A stretch of DNA of 63,350 nucleotides, filler included, from Reclinomonas americana ATCC 50394 (GCA_048213135.1; 23 parts of 23 records of this genome joined end to end with filler, not necessarily neighbours in it), one strand, 5' to 3'. Shown: positions 12,747-24,617, counted from the whole stretch's first letter. The notes: generated by a model not told the origin, from the letters alone. Numbers and translations are program-made.

Positions 12747-12801
12747 AAGACGGACAAAAGAAGAGTCACACTGTCGATTACACAATGTTGGTGCCACCCA
12801 T
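11163..12801 (-). CDS. Intron-containing YeiH/putative sulfate exporter family membrane protein (3' truncated; start approximate)
   Basis: Family-type motifs DEWWSVWIGF, WAIIFGCIIAN, TELYISVSLVLL, CGSAASIA and AGAWFG are split by GT..AG introns. Confidence 0.7.
12707..12747. repeat. Compound (CA)n(GA)n microsatellite in an intron
   Basis: Directly visible dinucleotide runs. Confidence 0.85.
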
Positions 12802-13138
12802 GCTTGCTGCTTTGAGTGTGCGTGTGTGCGTGTGCGAGGGAGAGAGCGAGAGAATGCGTGCGCGCGTGCGCGAGAGACAGAAAAGAGAGAGATAGAGAGC
12901 GTCTGTGCGTGCAAGGCTTCGTATTCACCGTGCGGTGGTTACCGAGCTCGTCGCCCTCGCGATGCGACGACATGTGTGCGTGTGTGAGTTGTTATGGAAC
13001 AAGGAGACTCCACGAGGGGCGTGCTCACAGTGTGACAGCAACAAGAATCTCCGGATCTGTCCTGAGCCGCCGGCTCCCACTTTTCGCCCTTCCCACCCGG
13101 CTTGCAACACAATGAAAACAACAACACTACAATCATGA

Positions 13139-15181
13139 CTATGGAGTACCGGCGTGCTTACTTGCCGAGCTGGCTGGCGACAGTGCGCTGTCTGCAGAGG
13201 CCGCTTGCAAGTCCTCATCGTTCGTTTGCTCCTCTAATCTTAGCGGCTTCACCGTGATGACGCTCATGTCGCGGTCCCGGATGCCGCCGGCTGGCCGTCT
13301 GAATGCAGGACCGGTAGCCTCTTCGATCGCGACCTTTTCCCGCGCAAAAACAGCCTCCTGCTCGGCGCTGTACTTTCGAGCGTGCTCGACAGACTCGGGC
13401 AGGCCGACCGTGATCAGCCAGTTGACAACATACAGCACTCCAATCGACTGCAGAAGCGGACGGCACATGCGCACGTGAGCTGGCAGCCTTGAGATAGGAC
13501 AGCAATGGAAAGGAAGAGAGAGTGCGCAACGACAAAGGAGACCCACGACAAGTGGTGACGAGCGAGTACCGAGAACATGTAGCCGCCCAGAATGGGACCA
13601 ACAGCACGCGTCAGTGAACTCAACGCTTGCGCCGCGCCCTGCGTGATGCCCTGCGCCGCACACATGCAAACATACACACAAGAGGATGAATAAAACGAGA
13701 AGGTGACGGTGGCAGCATACATTTGCTCACCTGGCGCGTCGGATCGGTGGCGTTGGAGAGCATGGTTTGTGCAATCGGCAATGCCATCATAAAGCCCACA
13801 GCCGACATGGAGATGGTGAACGAGAGCGCCACCGCTGTGATCCACATGCCACCATACCACTGAGCGTGCCACGGGTAGGCGCTGACGGGGAACATGACAC
13901 TGCTGACGGCCATCAGACACAGGCCAATGCGGTACGACATGCGCAGCTTGAACCGCCGAATGGTGCACTTGAAAAACACGAGCTGGTAGACAAAGGCAAT
14001 GGCGCCGAATGCCATGAAACCCATGCCGATGGCAAACGGAGACAGACCAAGACCGCCCGACTCAAACGACTGAGCGCCGTACAACGTGAATAGCAATATG
14101 ATGTAACCGTTAAGTGCGGCGTTGATGCACTGCTCCGACGGCGACGAGGAATGAGAGGAGATGACAATGCGAGAGGAAGCGACCGACCTCCGACTTACCT
14201 GTGCGATGTTGACACGACGAATTACAGGGTCTTGGATGACTAGGTTGAGTCCTTGTAGAAAGCGTCTGAAAAAAGAGCACTTGGCAGCACGGGCGACTTC
14301 CTCCGGCGTTTGCGGACCGGTCAGCAATTTCTTGTTGGCCGCGATGGCGGCGCGAACAGAGGCAGGATATGTCTTTGCAGTACAAACGAGGGTTTAAGGA
14401 TGTCGCGAACAGCGCGAGGGAGTGCAAGCAGAAACATGGGAATGTCGGAGTACGACTCACCTCGCGGAAAAAGAAAATCAGGATACACACAGGCACCACC
14501 ATAAATATGGCGGCCGTTCCACAAACGGTCAAGTACGGCGATCCAAAGAAACTCCACCGAGCCAGAATGCCACCCGCTGCAACAACCATTGATAAGCAAA
14601 GAACGCTAAATACACAAACAACCGACAGTACACACCTCCCGACGAGACAGCGCGTGAAAGGGCGAATGAGGCACCAATGAGCGAAAACATAAACGCCCGA
14701 TTCTCAGTCGACGTCATGTCAGCGAGTGAAGACTTCGCCACGGTAAGGTTGCCAGTGAAGAGGCCGAGACACACCCGCGTTATCATGGCCATGCCAAATG
14801 TGGTCGACAAGCCAAAGCACAAGGTGGTGGCCGCTGTGACGCAAAGGCCGAGGATAAGTGGCAGCTTGCGACCGTACGTATCCGACAAGTGACTGTGCAC
14901 GCGGGTTCGAAGCACGAGCATGGGGTTGAGTGGACACCGAATGCACACGTACACAAAAACGCACGTACCCGATCATCGACTGCGATAAGAACTGAAAGAC
15001 CGAAGGCGTTCCAACCAGCATGCCCACTTGCCAGCCAACATCGCGGTCGGGTGAGCCAAACACTTCGCGCACCATAGTTGGGAGCATGGGGGAGATGATG
15101 GTGATGGCCATGGCGTCGCTTGCCACCGTCAGATACGTGAGAATGCTGGAGAAATGCAGATGTGGAGGCAATGAGACGAAG

Positions 15182-15239
<58 letters not shown>

Positions 15240-15396
15240 CTACACTCGCGCAATAAACACGCAACGCTGCCAACCAGGAGAACTTGGAGAAGGGCGCGAC
15301 GAGAGGCACACCGTCGGGGCTGACGGTCCTCATTGCATTCTGTCGACTACTGCTCTTGCCTGTCTTGGACACTTCGTCTTCCTCTTCCAGATCCTT
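13139..15396 (-). CDS. Multi-exon MFS transporter (DHA1/ZIFL-like; start at or beyond the contig edge)
   Basis: MFS motif A-like G.LSDTYGRK, followed by ITRVCLGLFTGNLTVAKSSLAD, GGLGLSPFAIG and RAVGPILGG across many exons. Confidence 0.8.
15184..15239. repeat. Compound (CA)n(GA)n microsatellite in an intron
   Basis: Directly visible dinucleotide runs. Confidence 0.85.
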
Positions 15397-15496
15397 NNNN
15401 NNNNNNNNNNNNNNNNNNNNNNNNNNNNNNNNNNNNNNNNTTAATTAATTAANNNNNNNNNNNNNNNNNNNNNNNNNNNNNNNNNNNNNNNNNNNN

Positions 15497-17335
15497 GGCC
15501 GGCCAGGTCTGGCGAAGCGCGGCAAAGACTTCCAGGGGGAAACGCAGGCGGTTCTCGAGCGCGCCGCCGTACGCGTCAGAGCGCTGGTTGGTCAGCGGCG
15601 AGAGGAAGCTCGCGAGCAGATAGCCATGGGCACAGTGGAGCTCGAGCATATCGAAGCCGGCGCGCAGGCCGCGCTCGGCGGCCGCGACGAAGTCGGCCTT
15701 GACCCGGTCCATGTCGGCACGGGTCATTTCGCGCGGCACCTGGCTCTCGGGGTAATAGGGCAGCGGCGAGGCCGAGACGATCGGCCAGGCGCCTTCCGCG
15801 AGCGGGCGATCCATCCCATCCCACATCAGCTTGCTCGCGCCCTTGCGCCCGGCATGGCCGAGCTGCAGGCAGATTTTCGCCGCGGAGTTGGCGTGAACGA
15901 AGTCGACGATGCGCGTCCAGGCCGCTTCCTGCGCGTCGTTGTAGAGGCCGGTGCAGCCGGGGGTGATGCGGGCATCGGCCGAGACGCAGGTCATCTCGGT
16001 GAAGACGAGCCCTGCCCCGCCGATGGCGCGCGCGCCGTAATGCATCAGGTGCCAATCGCCGGGCAGGCCATCCTGGGCCGAATATTGGCACATCGGCGAG
16101 ACGACGAAGCGGTTCGCCAGCTTCATCTCGCGGAGGGAGAAGGGCTGGAAGGCCGGCGGCACCGGCGTGCCGTCGCGACGGGTCACCTGGTCGGCGCCGA
16201 GATCGTCGGCGACCAGCTGGTCGATCGCGGCGACGAACTCGGGGGCGCGCAGGGCGAGGTTGTCGTAGGTGATGGCCTTGGAGCGCGTCATCAGGCCGAA
16301 GGCGAAGCGCAGCGGCTCGAAATCCCAGAAGCGCTTGAGCTGCTCGAACCAGACCAGCGAGACATCGGCGGCGTGCTGGGTCTTCTCGACCTCCTCGCGC
16401 CGCCCGGTCTCGAAGGCGGCGAGCGCCGCCTTCACGTCGAGCCCGGCGCGATGGAAGGCGCGATGCAGCGCGATCGAATCCTCCATGGCGAGCTTGGTGC
16501 CGGAGCCGATCGAGAAATGCGCCGTCGCCTTGGCGTCGCCGAGCAGCACGACATTGTCGACGACCCAGTTGCTGCAACGGATCATCGGGAACTGCCGCCA
16601 GAGCGAGCGATTGGTGATCAGCTTGTGACCCTGCAATTCTTCGGCGAAGACCTGCTCCAGGAAAGCGGCCGTGCCGGCTTCGTCCAGTCCCTCCAGGCCG
16701 GCGCGGGCGAAGGTCTCGGGATCGGTCTCCAGCACCCAGGTCGATTGCCCCGGCTCGTACTGGTAGCAATGGGCGATGAAGACGCCGTGCTCAGTCTGCT
16801 TGAAGAAGAAGGTGAAGGCGTCGAAGGGCCGGGTCGAGCCCATCCAGACGAAGCGGTTCGGCCTGAGGTCGACCTGCGGCGCGAAGCGCTCGCGGTCACC
16901 CTCGCGGATGCGGCTGTTGATGCCGTCGGCGGCAACGACGAGATCGTAATCGCGCTTCAATGCCGCGACGTCCTCGATCTCCTGCGAGAAGGTGAGCTTG
17001 ACGCCGACCTGGCGCGCGCGGTCCTGCAGCAACATCAAGAGGGTGCGGCGCGAGCAGCCACAGAAGCCGTTACCGGGCACGCGGCGCACCGTGCCTTTGA
17101 AGTGGATCTCGATATCATCCCAATAGGCGAAGCTGCGGACGATCGCCTCGTAGCTCGGCAGGTCGGCCGCCTTGAACAGGTCAAGCGTCTGGTCGGAGAA
17201 GACGACGCCGAAGCCGAAGGTATCGTCGGGGCGGTTGCGCTCGAAGACGGTGACGTCGAGCTCAGGCCAGTCCCGCTTCATCAGCAGCGCGTAATAGAGA
17301 CCTGCCGGCCCGCCGCCCACCACCGCAATGCGCAT
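15497..17335 (-). CDS. abmA: Bifunctional anthraniloyl/salicylyl-CoA monooxygenase-oxidoreductase (3' truncated)
   Basis: FAD-binding start [14 protein letters not shown] and [21 protein letters not shown], fused to an OYE domain ([18 protein letters not shown]). RBS AAGGAG upstream. Confidence 0.85.
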
Positions 17336-17354
17336 GACGCCCTCCTTGGCTGAG

Positions 17355-17382
17355 AAAATCATTTTAAACCTAAAATAATTTT
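17355..17382. promoter_or_regulatory. AT-rich palindromic operator upstream of the abmA-like gene
   Basis: AAAATCATTTTA-AACC-TAAAATAATTTT: 12-bp arms with one mismatch, 20 nt from the start codon. Confidence 0.6.
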
Positions 17383-17608
17383 GGCTCAAGCCTGCGATGC
17401 GAAGTTGGCATCGAGCCGCCCCTCAAATGAGCCAACAAGGGTAGAAATTAGCCTAAATATCTGATATTTCTTACCATTCAGCACCAACACGCGCACCACT
17501 CCCCGCCTNNNNNNNNNNNNNNNNNNNNNNNNNNNNNNNNNNNNNNNNNNNNTTAATTAATTAANNNNNNNNNNNNNNNNNNNNNNNNNNNNNNNNNNNN
17601 NNNNNNNN

Positions 17609-18064
17609 GCCGCGCGAGGCCGACTGGTCGGCGCGCAGACCGGTGATCCAGGCGGCGGCTCCGGCGAGCGCCCGGCCGAGCGGCTCGACCTTGCGGACAT
17701 TGCAGCAGGCCTTGCGGGCCTCGATCGAATTGTAGAAGCCGTTGATGCCGTGGCCGAGCACGAAGTCCGCGACGGCGTCGTGGCGCGGATAGAACGGCGT
17801 GATCGCGATGCCGTAGCGCGCCTCGGTCTGCGCCCAGAGCGCATGGACCTCGCCGAAGAGCCGGCCGGTATCGAGCGTGACGATCTCGACCGGCAGGTTC
17901 TGGGTGGCGATCAGGTGGGTGACGACCTGATCCTCCAGGCCGAAGCTGGTGGTGAAGACGATACGGCCTGCAACATGCCGCACCAGTCCCGCGAGGCGCT
18001 CGGCTGCATTCGACGTTCCGAACGCAGCATTGAGGTTTTCGGCCTGTTCCTGCAACTCGAACAT
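17609..18064 (-). CDS. cysH: Phosphoadenylyl-sulfate/APS reductase (3' truncated)
   Basis: Motifs TSFGLEDQV, LDTGRLF, CCNVRKVEPL and WITGLRADQS. Confidence 0.9.
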
Positions 18065-18309
18065 GTGCTTGCTCTGCGCAGGCGAGGCCGACGCGGACAG
18101 CTCAATGCTACCCTCGCCTGCCGCCACCCGCCGTATCACCGGTCAGTGGGATGTTCTGTAAATCGAACAATCCACATATAACCTGAATGCCAGCCAATCA
18201 ATTTACATCGAGTAGCGTGAAATTTCTTATTTCGAGCGGGAAGGAGAAGATCCTTCCCGCACTGCCCGGCTTGCATGGCGAACACCAGCGCGGCCGGCCC
18301 TCCGCGAAG

Positions 18310-18335
18310 GGAACTTTCGCTCCGGCCCCCGCGTT
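18310..18335 (+). promoter_or_regulatory. EcfG/RpoE2 general-stress sigma promoter
   Basis: GGAAC-N17-CGTT lies about 40 nt upstream of the small ORF at 18376. Confidence 0.65.
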
Positions 18336-18375
18336 GAGCGGGCACGCAGGCTCGGCCCTGCATTGCAACAGGGGG

Positions 18376-18573
18376 ATGACCATGGCGAATTCCGCGAACC
18401 AGGCGGTGGAAAGCTTGCGCAAGGAGCAGCGCAAGCAGCGCGAGGACGAGAAGAAGGCAGGCGGTTCGGCTGAAAAGCAGCTCGACAAGGCGCTGAAGGA
18501 CACGTTTCCCGCCAGTGATCCGGTCGCCCCGCAAGTGCCGACCAAGCCCGGAGCACCGAAGCGCCGGGGCTGA
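18376..18573 (+). CDS. Small hypothetical protein with a DTFPASDP motif
   Basis: QLDKALKDTFPASDP is a motif typical of small alphaproteobacterial proteins. Purine-rich RBS present. Confidence 0.7.
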   Translation: MTMANSANQAVESLRKEQRKQREDEKKAGGSAEKQLDKALKDTFPASDPVAPQVPTKPGAPKRRG

Positions 18574-18640
18574 TGCTGACACTCTCGGTAGAGAACGCGG
18601 TTATCCTTCCCCATCTCGGCCTGACGAGATGGAGATGACT

Positions 18641-19015
18641 ATGCCTGAGCGCGCCCGAGTGGATGCCTTCGTCGACGCCGTCGTCAGCGGCGACCATGTC
18701 GGCGCGATCCGCGATTTCTATACCGACGACGCCACGATGCAGGAGAACGCCAACGAGCCGCGGCGCGGCCGCGAGGCGCTGATGGCGCATGAGGCGCGGG
18801 CATTGGCCCGGTTGGAGAAGATGCACACCCATCCGCCCGTCGCGGTGCTGGTCGATGGCGACCATGTCGTCGTCCGCTGGATCTTCGACGCCACCGACAA
18901 GGAGGGCGTCACCCGCCGCCTCGAAGAGCTCGCCTTCCAACGCTGGCAGGGCGACCGCATCGCCGAGGAACGCTTCTTCTATGACACCGGCAGCGCCTGG
19001 CAGGTCGTCGGGTAG
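18641..19015 (+). CDS. SnoaL/NTF2-like protein
   Basis: AIRDFYTDDATMQEN..GREAL..VDGDHVVVRW..ERFFYD. Confidence 0.8.
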   Translation: MPERARVDAFVDAVVSGDHVGAIRDFYTDDATMQENANEPRRGREALMAHEARALARLEKMHTHPPVAVLVDGDHVVVRWIFDATDKEGVTRRLEELAFQRWQGDRIAEERFFYDTGSAWQVVG

Positions 19016-19017
19016 CG

Positions 19018-19992
19018 TCAGCGCAACCCGCTCGGCCCGACAGCCAACTTGTCGCCGATCTGGATGAATTTCAGCGGGTTGCGTGCCTCGTCCGACAGGC
19101 GCGTTTCATAGTGCAGATGCGGGCCGGTCGAGCGCCCCGTCGAGCCGATGCGGCCGATCACCTGGCCGGCGGCCACGATTTGGCCGGCCTTTACATCGAA
19201 GGCCGAGAGATGGCCATAGCGCGTCGTCACGCCATTGCCGTGATCGAGTTCGACGAGATTGCCATAGCCGCCCGCGACCTCGGCACGAAGCACCTTCCCT
19301 GCTCCGGCAGCATGCACCGGCGTGCCGGTCTCCCCACGAAAGTCCATGCCGGCATGCATCGCGGTGCCGCCGGTGAACGGATCGGAACGCGGGCCAAAAT
19401 TGCTGGTGGTGGTGTCGTCGGTGGGGACCGGGCGTTGGAACGGCACGATGGCCGCAAGGTCGCGCCAGCGGCTGAAGAACGCCCTCGCCTCGCCGAGCTG
19501 CATCAGCGCATGCTCGAAGGTGCCGGGGCTTCACCGTAATCGGGATGAGCGGGCCGCCCATGCCCGGCCGGCCCGGCGGCAGCTTGACCTTGGCCGGGTC
19601 GAGCCCGATCTCGGTCAGCGCCGTCTTCACCTCCTGCACGCGGCCAACGAGCTGGCGACCGAGCGCCGGAAGCTGCTGGTTCTGGCCGTTCTGCACCCGG
19701 TCGAGCGACTGGCCGAGGATGGCGATGCGCTGGTCGAGCGACATGGTCTCAGCTGCCTTGACCGCTGCCGCGACCTGCCGCCGCTGCTGCGCCAGCACGG
19801 CAGGATTGACGCGGTCGAGGATATTCTGCCCTTCGGCGAACTGGTTGCCGCCCGGCGCCTGCGCGCCGCCCTGCGGCAGGATCGGCCCAACCGCCTGGCC
19901 AGTGAGCGCGCCGAGCAGGGCCTGGCGGGCCTCAAGCTCGATCTGCCGGGTGATCAGGTCGGCGAGCTGGTCGCCGGCCTTGCCGGAGGCGG
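19018..19992 (-). CDS. M23 family metallopeptidase (5' truncated; apparent +1 homopolymer frameshift near 19530)
   Basis: Motifs HAGMDF, GYGNLVELDH, YGHLS and STGPHLHYE. Removing one C from CCCC restores VKPGTFEHALMQL. Confidence 0.85.
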
Positions 19993-20092
19993 NNNNNNNN
20001 NNNNNNNNNNNNNNNNNNNNNNNNNNNNNNNNNNNNTTAATTAATTAANNNNNNNNNNNNNNNNNNNNNNNNNNNNNNNNNNNNNNNNNNNN

Positions 20093-21757
20093 GAGGTCGG
20101 CGAAGAGCGAGAGCATCTCGCGCAGCGCCTCGGCATTCTCGCCGGCCCCGCGCTGGACGAGGCCGAGATGGTTGAGGCTGAGCAGGTTGATCAATCGCCA
20201 GGTGACGACGCCGGTGCTCGCCGTCTCCGAACGGAGACGGAGCTGCGAGACGATCGGCTCGCGCGGCGGGGTCGGCCCGGCGAGACAAGTCACGTCGAGC
20301 ACGACATTGTCGATCAGGCGGAAGTCGGCGCCGCCGACCCCGGTCGGCAGGTGCTCGGTCAAATGACGGTTGGAACAGAGGGCCCGGATGCTGAGCTCTG
20401 CCACGGCAGAGGCATCGGACACCGTCGCCGGCTCGTAGAGCGAGATGAACATCTCGGTGCCGGTATAGTCGGACGCGCGTCCCTCGCGGCGCTCGGCCAC
20501 CGAACGCCGGCGCGGCAAGCGTCTTTGCGTATAGAGCAGGCCATGGGTCGGCGAGGCGCCTTCCGGCGATGAATACAGCGGGTGGACCGGCTGCTTGTCG
20601 CGGCCGCCGCTGTAATGGGCGTAGACGTCAAGGATCGAGTGCGGCTCATAGTCGAGCATCCGGCTGCGATCGGGCACGACATGGTATTCGTGCTCGTTCC
20701 GGCGCACCGGGATGCGGTCGGTGGTCTTCTCGAACAGGTTCACCGCAGGGGCGGCATAGAGCGCGAACATCTCGCGCTGGACGGCCGCCGGCAGACGCGT
20801 ATTGACCTCGTCGAAGACGACGATGATGTCGACCGTCTTGGCCTTGAGCCGGGACATCACCTTGTCGAGGCCCGTCAGCTTGAAGCCGAGGAACTTGCGC
20901 GGGAACCAGAACTGTTCGCGCAGCAGGTCGAAACCGCGGAAGATCCGCGTGTCGGCCGGAAGCAGCGCCTCGTCCTCGCCGAAACCGATCTGCTCCAGCC
21001 CGCATTCCGCTCCGGACAGCACCACGGGATCGCCGAATTCATCGAGATAGCGGAAGTAGAGGCCGAGGCGATCGGCGAAGATCTGCTCATAGAGCGCGAT
21101 CGCATCGGCTTCCGTGCCGAGCAGGTGCACTGTGAGATCGCGCGTCTTGCAGCCGGCAAACCAGCTGTTCGGCAGCTTGCTCGCCTGCTCGGGCGATGGC
21201 TCCTCGGCCGGGTCGCTGGCAATGCGATGAGTCAGCGACAGGCGCAGGCCCGAGAGCACCCGGCCATCGGCGGGAAGCCCGAGCGCCTGCAGCCGCCCGG
21301 GCGCGGCGATGTATTCGGCCGAGGCGACGTCGAACGGCCAGAGCGTCACGGGCGAACCCATCCGGTAGCGGCAGGCGACGCGCCGGTCGCGCTCGACATA
21401 GGTCGCGTCGAGATAGGAGCCGCGCGGCACCTCGACGCCTTCGCGCAGGGCCGGATCGCCAAAGGTCGGCGCGATCCCGGCGAGCAGCGCCGACGGCGTC
21501 GGCGCGAGATAGTTCGGGATCAGTTGCTCGAGCAGGTTGTTGGTGAACTCCGGGAACTCATGCTTGAGCTTGAGCTGCACGCGCGCCGCGAGGAAGGCGG
21601 CGCCTTCGAGCAGGCCCCCGACCATGGGGTCCATGCGCTCGCCGACCAGACCGCCGAGCCTTTCGGCAATCCCGGGATATTCCTCGGCGAACTCCTTCGT
21701 ATGCTCGGTAAAGAGCCTGAGCTCGCGATTGTAGAAGTCGAGGAATTCCTGGTTCAT
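20093..21757 (-). CDS. tssF: T6SS baseplate TssF (3' truncated)
   Basis: MNQEFLDFYNRELR..EFAEEYPGIAERLG..LLEGAAFLAAR; NLFEKTTDRI. Confidence 0.93.
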
Positions 21758-21763
21758 TCCGCG

Positions 21764-22291
21764 CTACCGGTTCTTGATCGCGATCTTGCCGGTGTCGAGC
21801 TCGACATCGGCGACGAACTGCACGGGAATATTGAGCGGCTCGCAATTGAGATCGGCCCGCACGACGAAGCGGATCTTGAGCTCCGCCTTGTCGAGCGCCT
21901 CATCGCGCTCGACCACGATCGACTGCTTCAACAGCCTTGGCTCATAAGCGAGCAGGACCTGTGCCATTTCCGTCTTGATCGCCTCGACCCGGTGTTCGTC
22001 GATCGACTTGTTCTGGATGTCCGGGAAGCCTCGGTTGAGGATGGAGCGGCGGACGTTCTCGAAGCGCGACAGGTCGGTGGAGGAGCCGAAATTGATCGTA
22101 TTGACCAGNNNNNNNNNNNNNNNNNNNNNNNNNNNNNNNNNNNNNNNNNNNNTTAATTAATTAANNNNNNNNNNNNNNNNNNNNNNNNNNNNNNNNNNNN
22201 NNNNNNNNCTCGCGTCCTTGGCGCGATGCGCCTCGCGGAAGGCGAACATCAGCGGCGGCCGCAACCGGTTCTTCGCCTTGGGGTCGAGCAT
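21764..22291 (-). CDS. tssE: T6SS baseplate TssE, split by a spacer gap
   Basis: The N-terminus MLDPKAKNRLRPPLMFAF lies right of the gap. The C-terminal part VRRSILNRGFPD..YEPRL lies left of it. Confidence 0.85.
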
Positions 22292-22465
22292 CTGGACTAT
22301 CCCGGACGAGGCTGTTCAAAACGATGGACCCCTGGCGATCGCTGCCGCGATCACGAGGAGCCCGGGTCGCAACGGAAACGGAACTCGCGTCATTGGCCAA
22401 GGCCGTGGCGCGAAGACCGGTCCCGGTACCGGGGCCACCGCAGCGGACCCGGTACCGGACGCGTT

Positions 22466-22948
22466 TTATTCTGCGTTCTTCTTGAGATCGTAGGTGCCGG
22501 TCACGGTCGAGCCGAGCGAGCCGTCCTTGTTCTGCGGCTTGTACTCGTACTTGATCTTGGCGAAGTTCAGCGAGAACTGGTCGGTCGGAACCGGGTTGCC
22601 ACCGGTGCTGTCGCCCGACTGGTAGCTCGACACGAGCAGGTCCTCGAGGGTGACCGTGTAGAACTCCTGCTGGCCCTTGCCCTGCTTGCGGACATGCAGC
22701 ACGGCCTTCTTGATGTGCTCGCCGGTGGCGCATTTCAGCATCAGCGTGGGCGAGGCCTTGTTGACGTTGGCCGTGCAGTGCAGGTCCTGGTAGCTGGCCT
22801 TGCCAGCACCGCCGCCATGCCCGGCCGCATGCGTGCCGGAATTGCTGACGCCCCAGGAGAAGGACTCGATCTCGATCGTGTCCTTGTGCTTGGCGTCCTG
22901 GCTTTCGCCCTTGATGCCGTCGATCTCAAGCAGGAAGTCGCTTGCCAT
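22466..22948 (-). CDS. hcp: T6SS tube protein Hcp
   Basis: FLLEIDGIKGESQDAKHKDTIEIESFSWG; SLNFAKIKYEY. Confidence 0.95.
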   Translation of the reverse strand: MASDFLLEIDGIKGESQDAKHKDTIEIESFSWGVSNSGTHAAGHGGGAGKASYQDLHCTANVNKASPTLMLKCATGEHIKKAVLHVRKQGKGQQEFYTVTLEDLLVSSYQSGDSTGGNPVPTDQFSLNFAKIKYEYKPQNKDGSLGSTVTGTYDLKKNAE

Positions 22949-23103
22949 GATGCTCTCCAATTGTTGGCTGATTGAGGTGATTTAGGCATAGAACTCGCGT
23001 CGCCTGGAGAGCTCCCCCCATGCGTCGCCACTCTCCCTGCGCGGCAAGCGCAGGGCCAACTATTGTCCTGGGGGGCCGGCGCGCCGTAAGGCGCGCCTGG
23101 GTC

Positions 23104-24606
23104 TCAGGTCTTGGGCGCCGGCAGGCGCGAGACGAGGCTCAAGCCGATATCCATGCCCTCGAGCTGGAAGTGCGGCCGGAGGTAGAACTTGGCCGAATAG
23201 TAGCCAGGGTTCTCCTCGTCCTCGAAGACGTCGATACGCGCATCGGACAGGGGCTTGCGCGCCTTCGTCTCCTCGCTGGAGTTCAGCGGATCGCCGTCGA
23301 CATATTCGGTGATCCACTCCTGCAGCCAGCGACGCAGGGGTTCGCGCTCCTTGTAAGAGCCGATCTTGTCGCGCACCATGCACTTCAGGTAATGCGCGAA
23401 GCGCGACACGGCGAACATGTAGGGCAGACGCGAGGACAGGTTGTCGGAGGCCGTCGCCGCGACGCCATCGGGCCCGAAGAAGGCCTTGGGCTTGTAGAGC
23501 GACTGCGCGCCGATGAATGCCGCCTTGTCCGTGTTCTTGCGGTGGATCAGCGGGATCAGGCCGGACTTGGCCAGTTCCGCCTCGCGGCGGTCGCTGATCG
23601 CGATCTCGGTCGGGCACTTCAGGTCGACGCCGCCATCATCGGTCGGGAAGGTATGGGTCGGCAGGTTCAGCACCTCGCCGCCCGACTGGACGCCGCGGAT
23701 GCGAGTGCACCAACCATACTCCTTGAAGGCCCGGTTGATGTTCACTGCCATCGCATAGGCGGCGTTCATCCAGGCGTATTTCTCGCCCTTGTGACCGTCG
23801 GTGTCCTCCTCGAAAGCGAACTCCTCGACCGGCTCGGACTTGGCCCCGTAGGGAACCCTCGCCAGAACCCGCGGCAGGCACAGGCCGACATAGCGGGAGT
23901 CGGCCGCATCGCGCAGACCCTTCCAGGCCGCGTAGTCGGGCGTGTCGAAGACCTTGCCGAGATCGCGCGGGTTGGAGAGCTCCGTCCAGGAGTCCATGCC
24001 CATCAGGTTCGGGTCGGCCCCGGTGAAGAAGGGCGCGTGAGCGGCGGCCGCGATCTTCGAGAGATCGCGCAGCAACTGCACGTCCGTCGGGGCGTGGCTG
24101 AAGTGATAGTCGCCGACGAGCGCACCGAAAGGCTGGCCACCGAGCTGACCGAACTCCTGCTCGTAGAGTTGCTTGAAGAGCGGGCTCTGGTCCCAGCGGG
24201 CGCCGGGATAGGTCTTGAGATTGCGGTAAAGCTCGGTCTTGCCGACATTCATCACCTTGATCTTCAGCTGCGAGTCAGTCTCGGAGTTGAAGACGAGGTA
24301 GTTGAGGCCGCGCCAGGCACTTTCGAGCTTCTGGAACTCCGGCGCGTGCAGCACCTCGTTCATCTGCTCGCTGAGCTTGGCATCGAGCCGGGCGATCATC
24401 TCCTCGATCGTATCGAGAACATCGCCCTTGATCAGTGTCGAGTCGGCGAGCGCCTGGTTGACCAAGGTCGCGACCGCATTTTCGACCTCGGTCGCCGCTC
24501 GTTCGGTCTTCGGCTTGAAGCTCTGCTTCAGCAGTGCCGAGAAGTCCTCGGCGCCTTGCGTTTCAGCCGCTGCCGCGCCGGGTTGTTGGATCTGTGCTTC
24601 CGCCAT
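23104..24606 (-). CDS. tssC: T6SS sheath large subunit TssC
   Basis: FQKLESAWRGLNYLV, LYEQEFGQLGGQP, LKCPTEIAISDRRE, LRPHFQLE. Confidence 0.96.
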   Translation of the reverse strand: MAEAQIQQPGAAAAETQGAEDFSALLKQSFKPKTERAATEVENAVATLVNQALADSTLIKGDVLDTIEEMIARLDAKLSEQMNEVLHAPEFQKLESAWRGLNYLVFNSETDSQLKIKVMNVGKTELYRNLKTYPGARWDQSPLFKQLYEQEFGQLGGQPFGALVGDYHFSHAPTDVQLLRDLSKIAAAAHAPFFTGADPNLMGMDSWTELSNPRDLGKVFDTPDYAAWKGLRDAADSRYVGLCLPRVLARVPYGAKSEPVEEFAFEEDTDGHKGEKYAWMNAAYAMAVNINRAFKEYGWCTRIRGVQSGGEVLNLPTHTFPTDDGGVDLKCPTEIAISDRREAELAKSGLIPLIHRKNTDKAAFIGAQSLYKPKAFFGPDGVAATASDNLSSRLPYMFAVSRFAHYLKCMVRDKIGSYKEREPLRRWLQEWITEYVDGDPLNSSEETKARKPLSDARIDVFEDEENPGYYSAKFYLRPHFQLEGMDIGLSLVSRLPAPKT

Positions 24607-24617
24607 GGCCGCCTCGC

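Noticed and set aside
15626..17353. Long antisense or alternative-frame ORFs (also 20582-22156, 23020-24750, 52546-54039, 56141-57520)
   Set aside because: These are shadow ORFs expected from high-GC codon bias opposite well-recognised genes.
19520..19535. Pseudogenisation or programmed frameshift of the M23 peptidase
   Set aside because: It is a single extra base in a 4-nt homopolymer on a short, low-coverage contig. The same pattern occurs at about 56350, so sequencing error is most likely.
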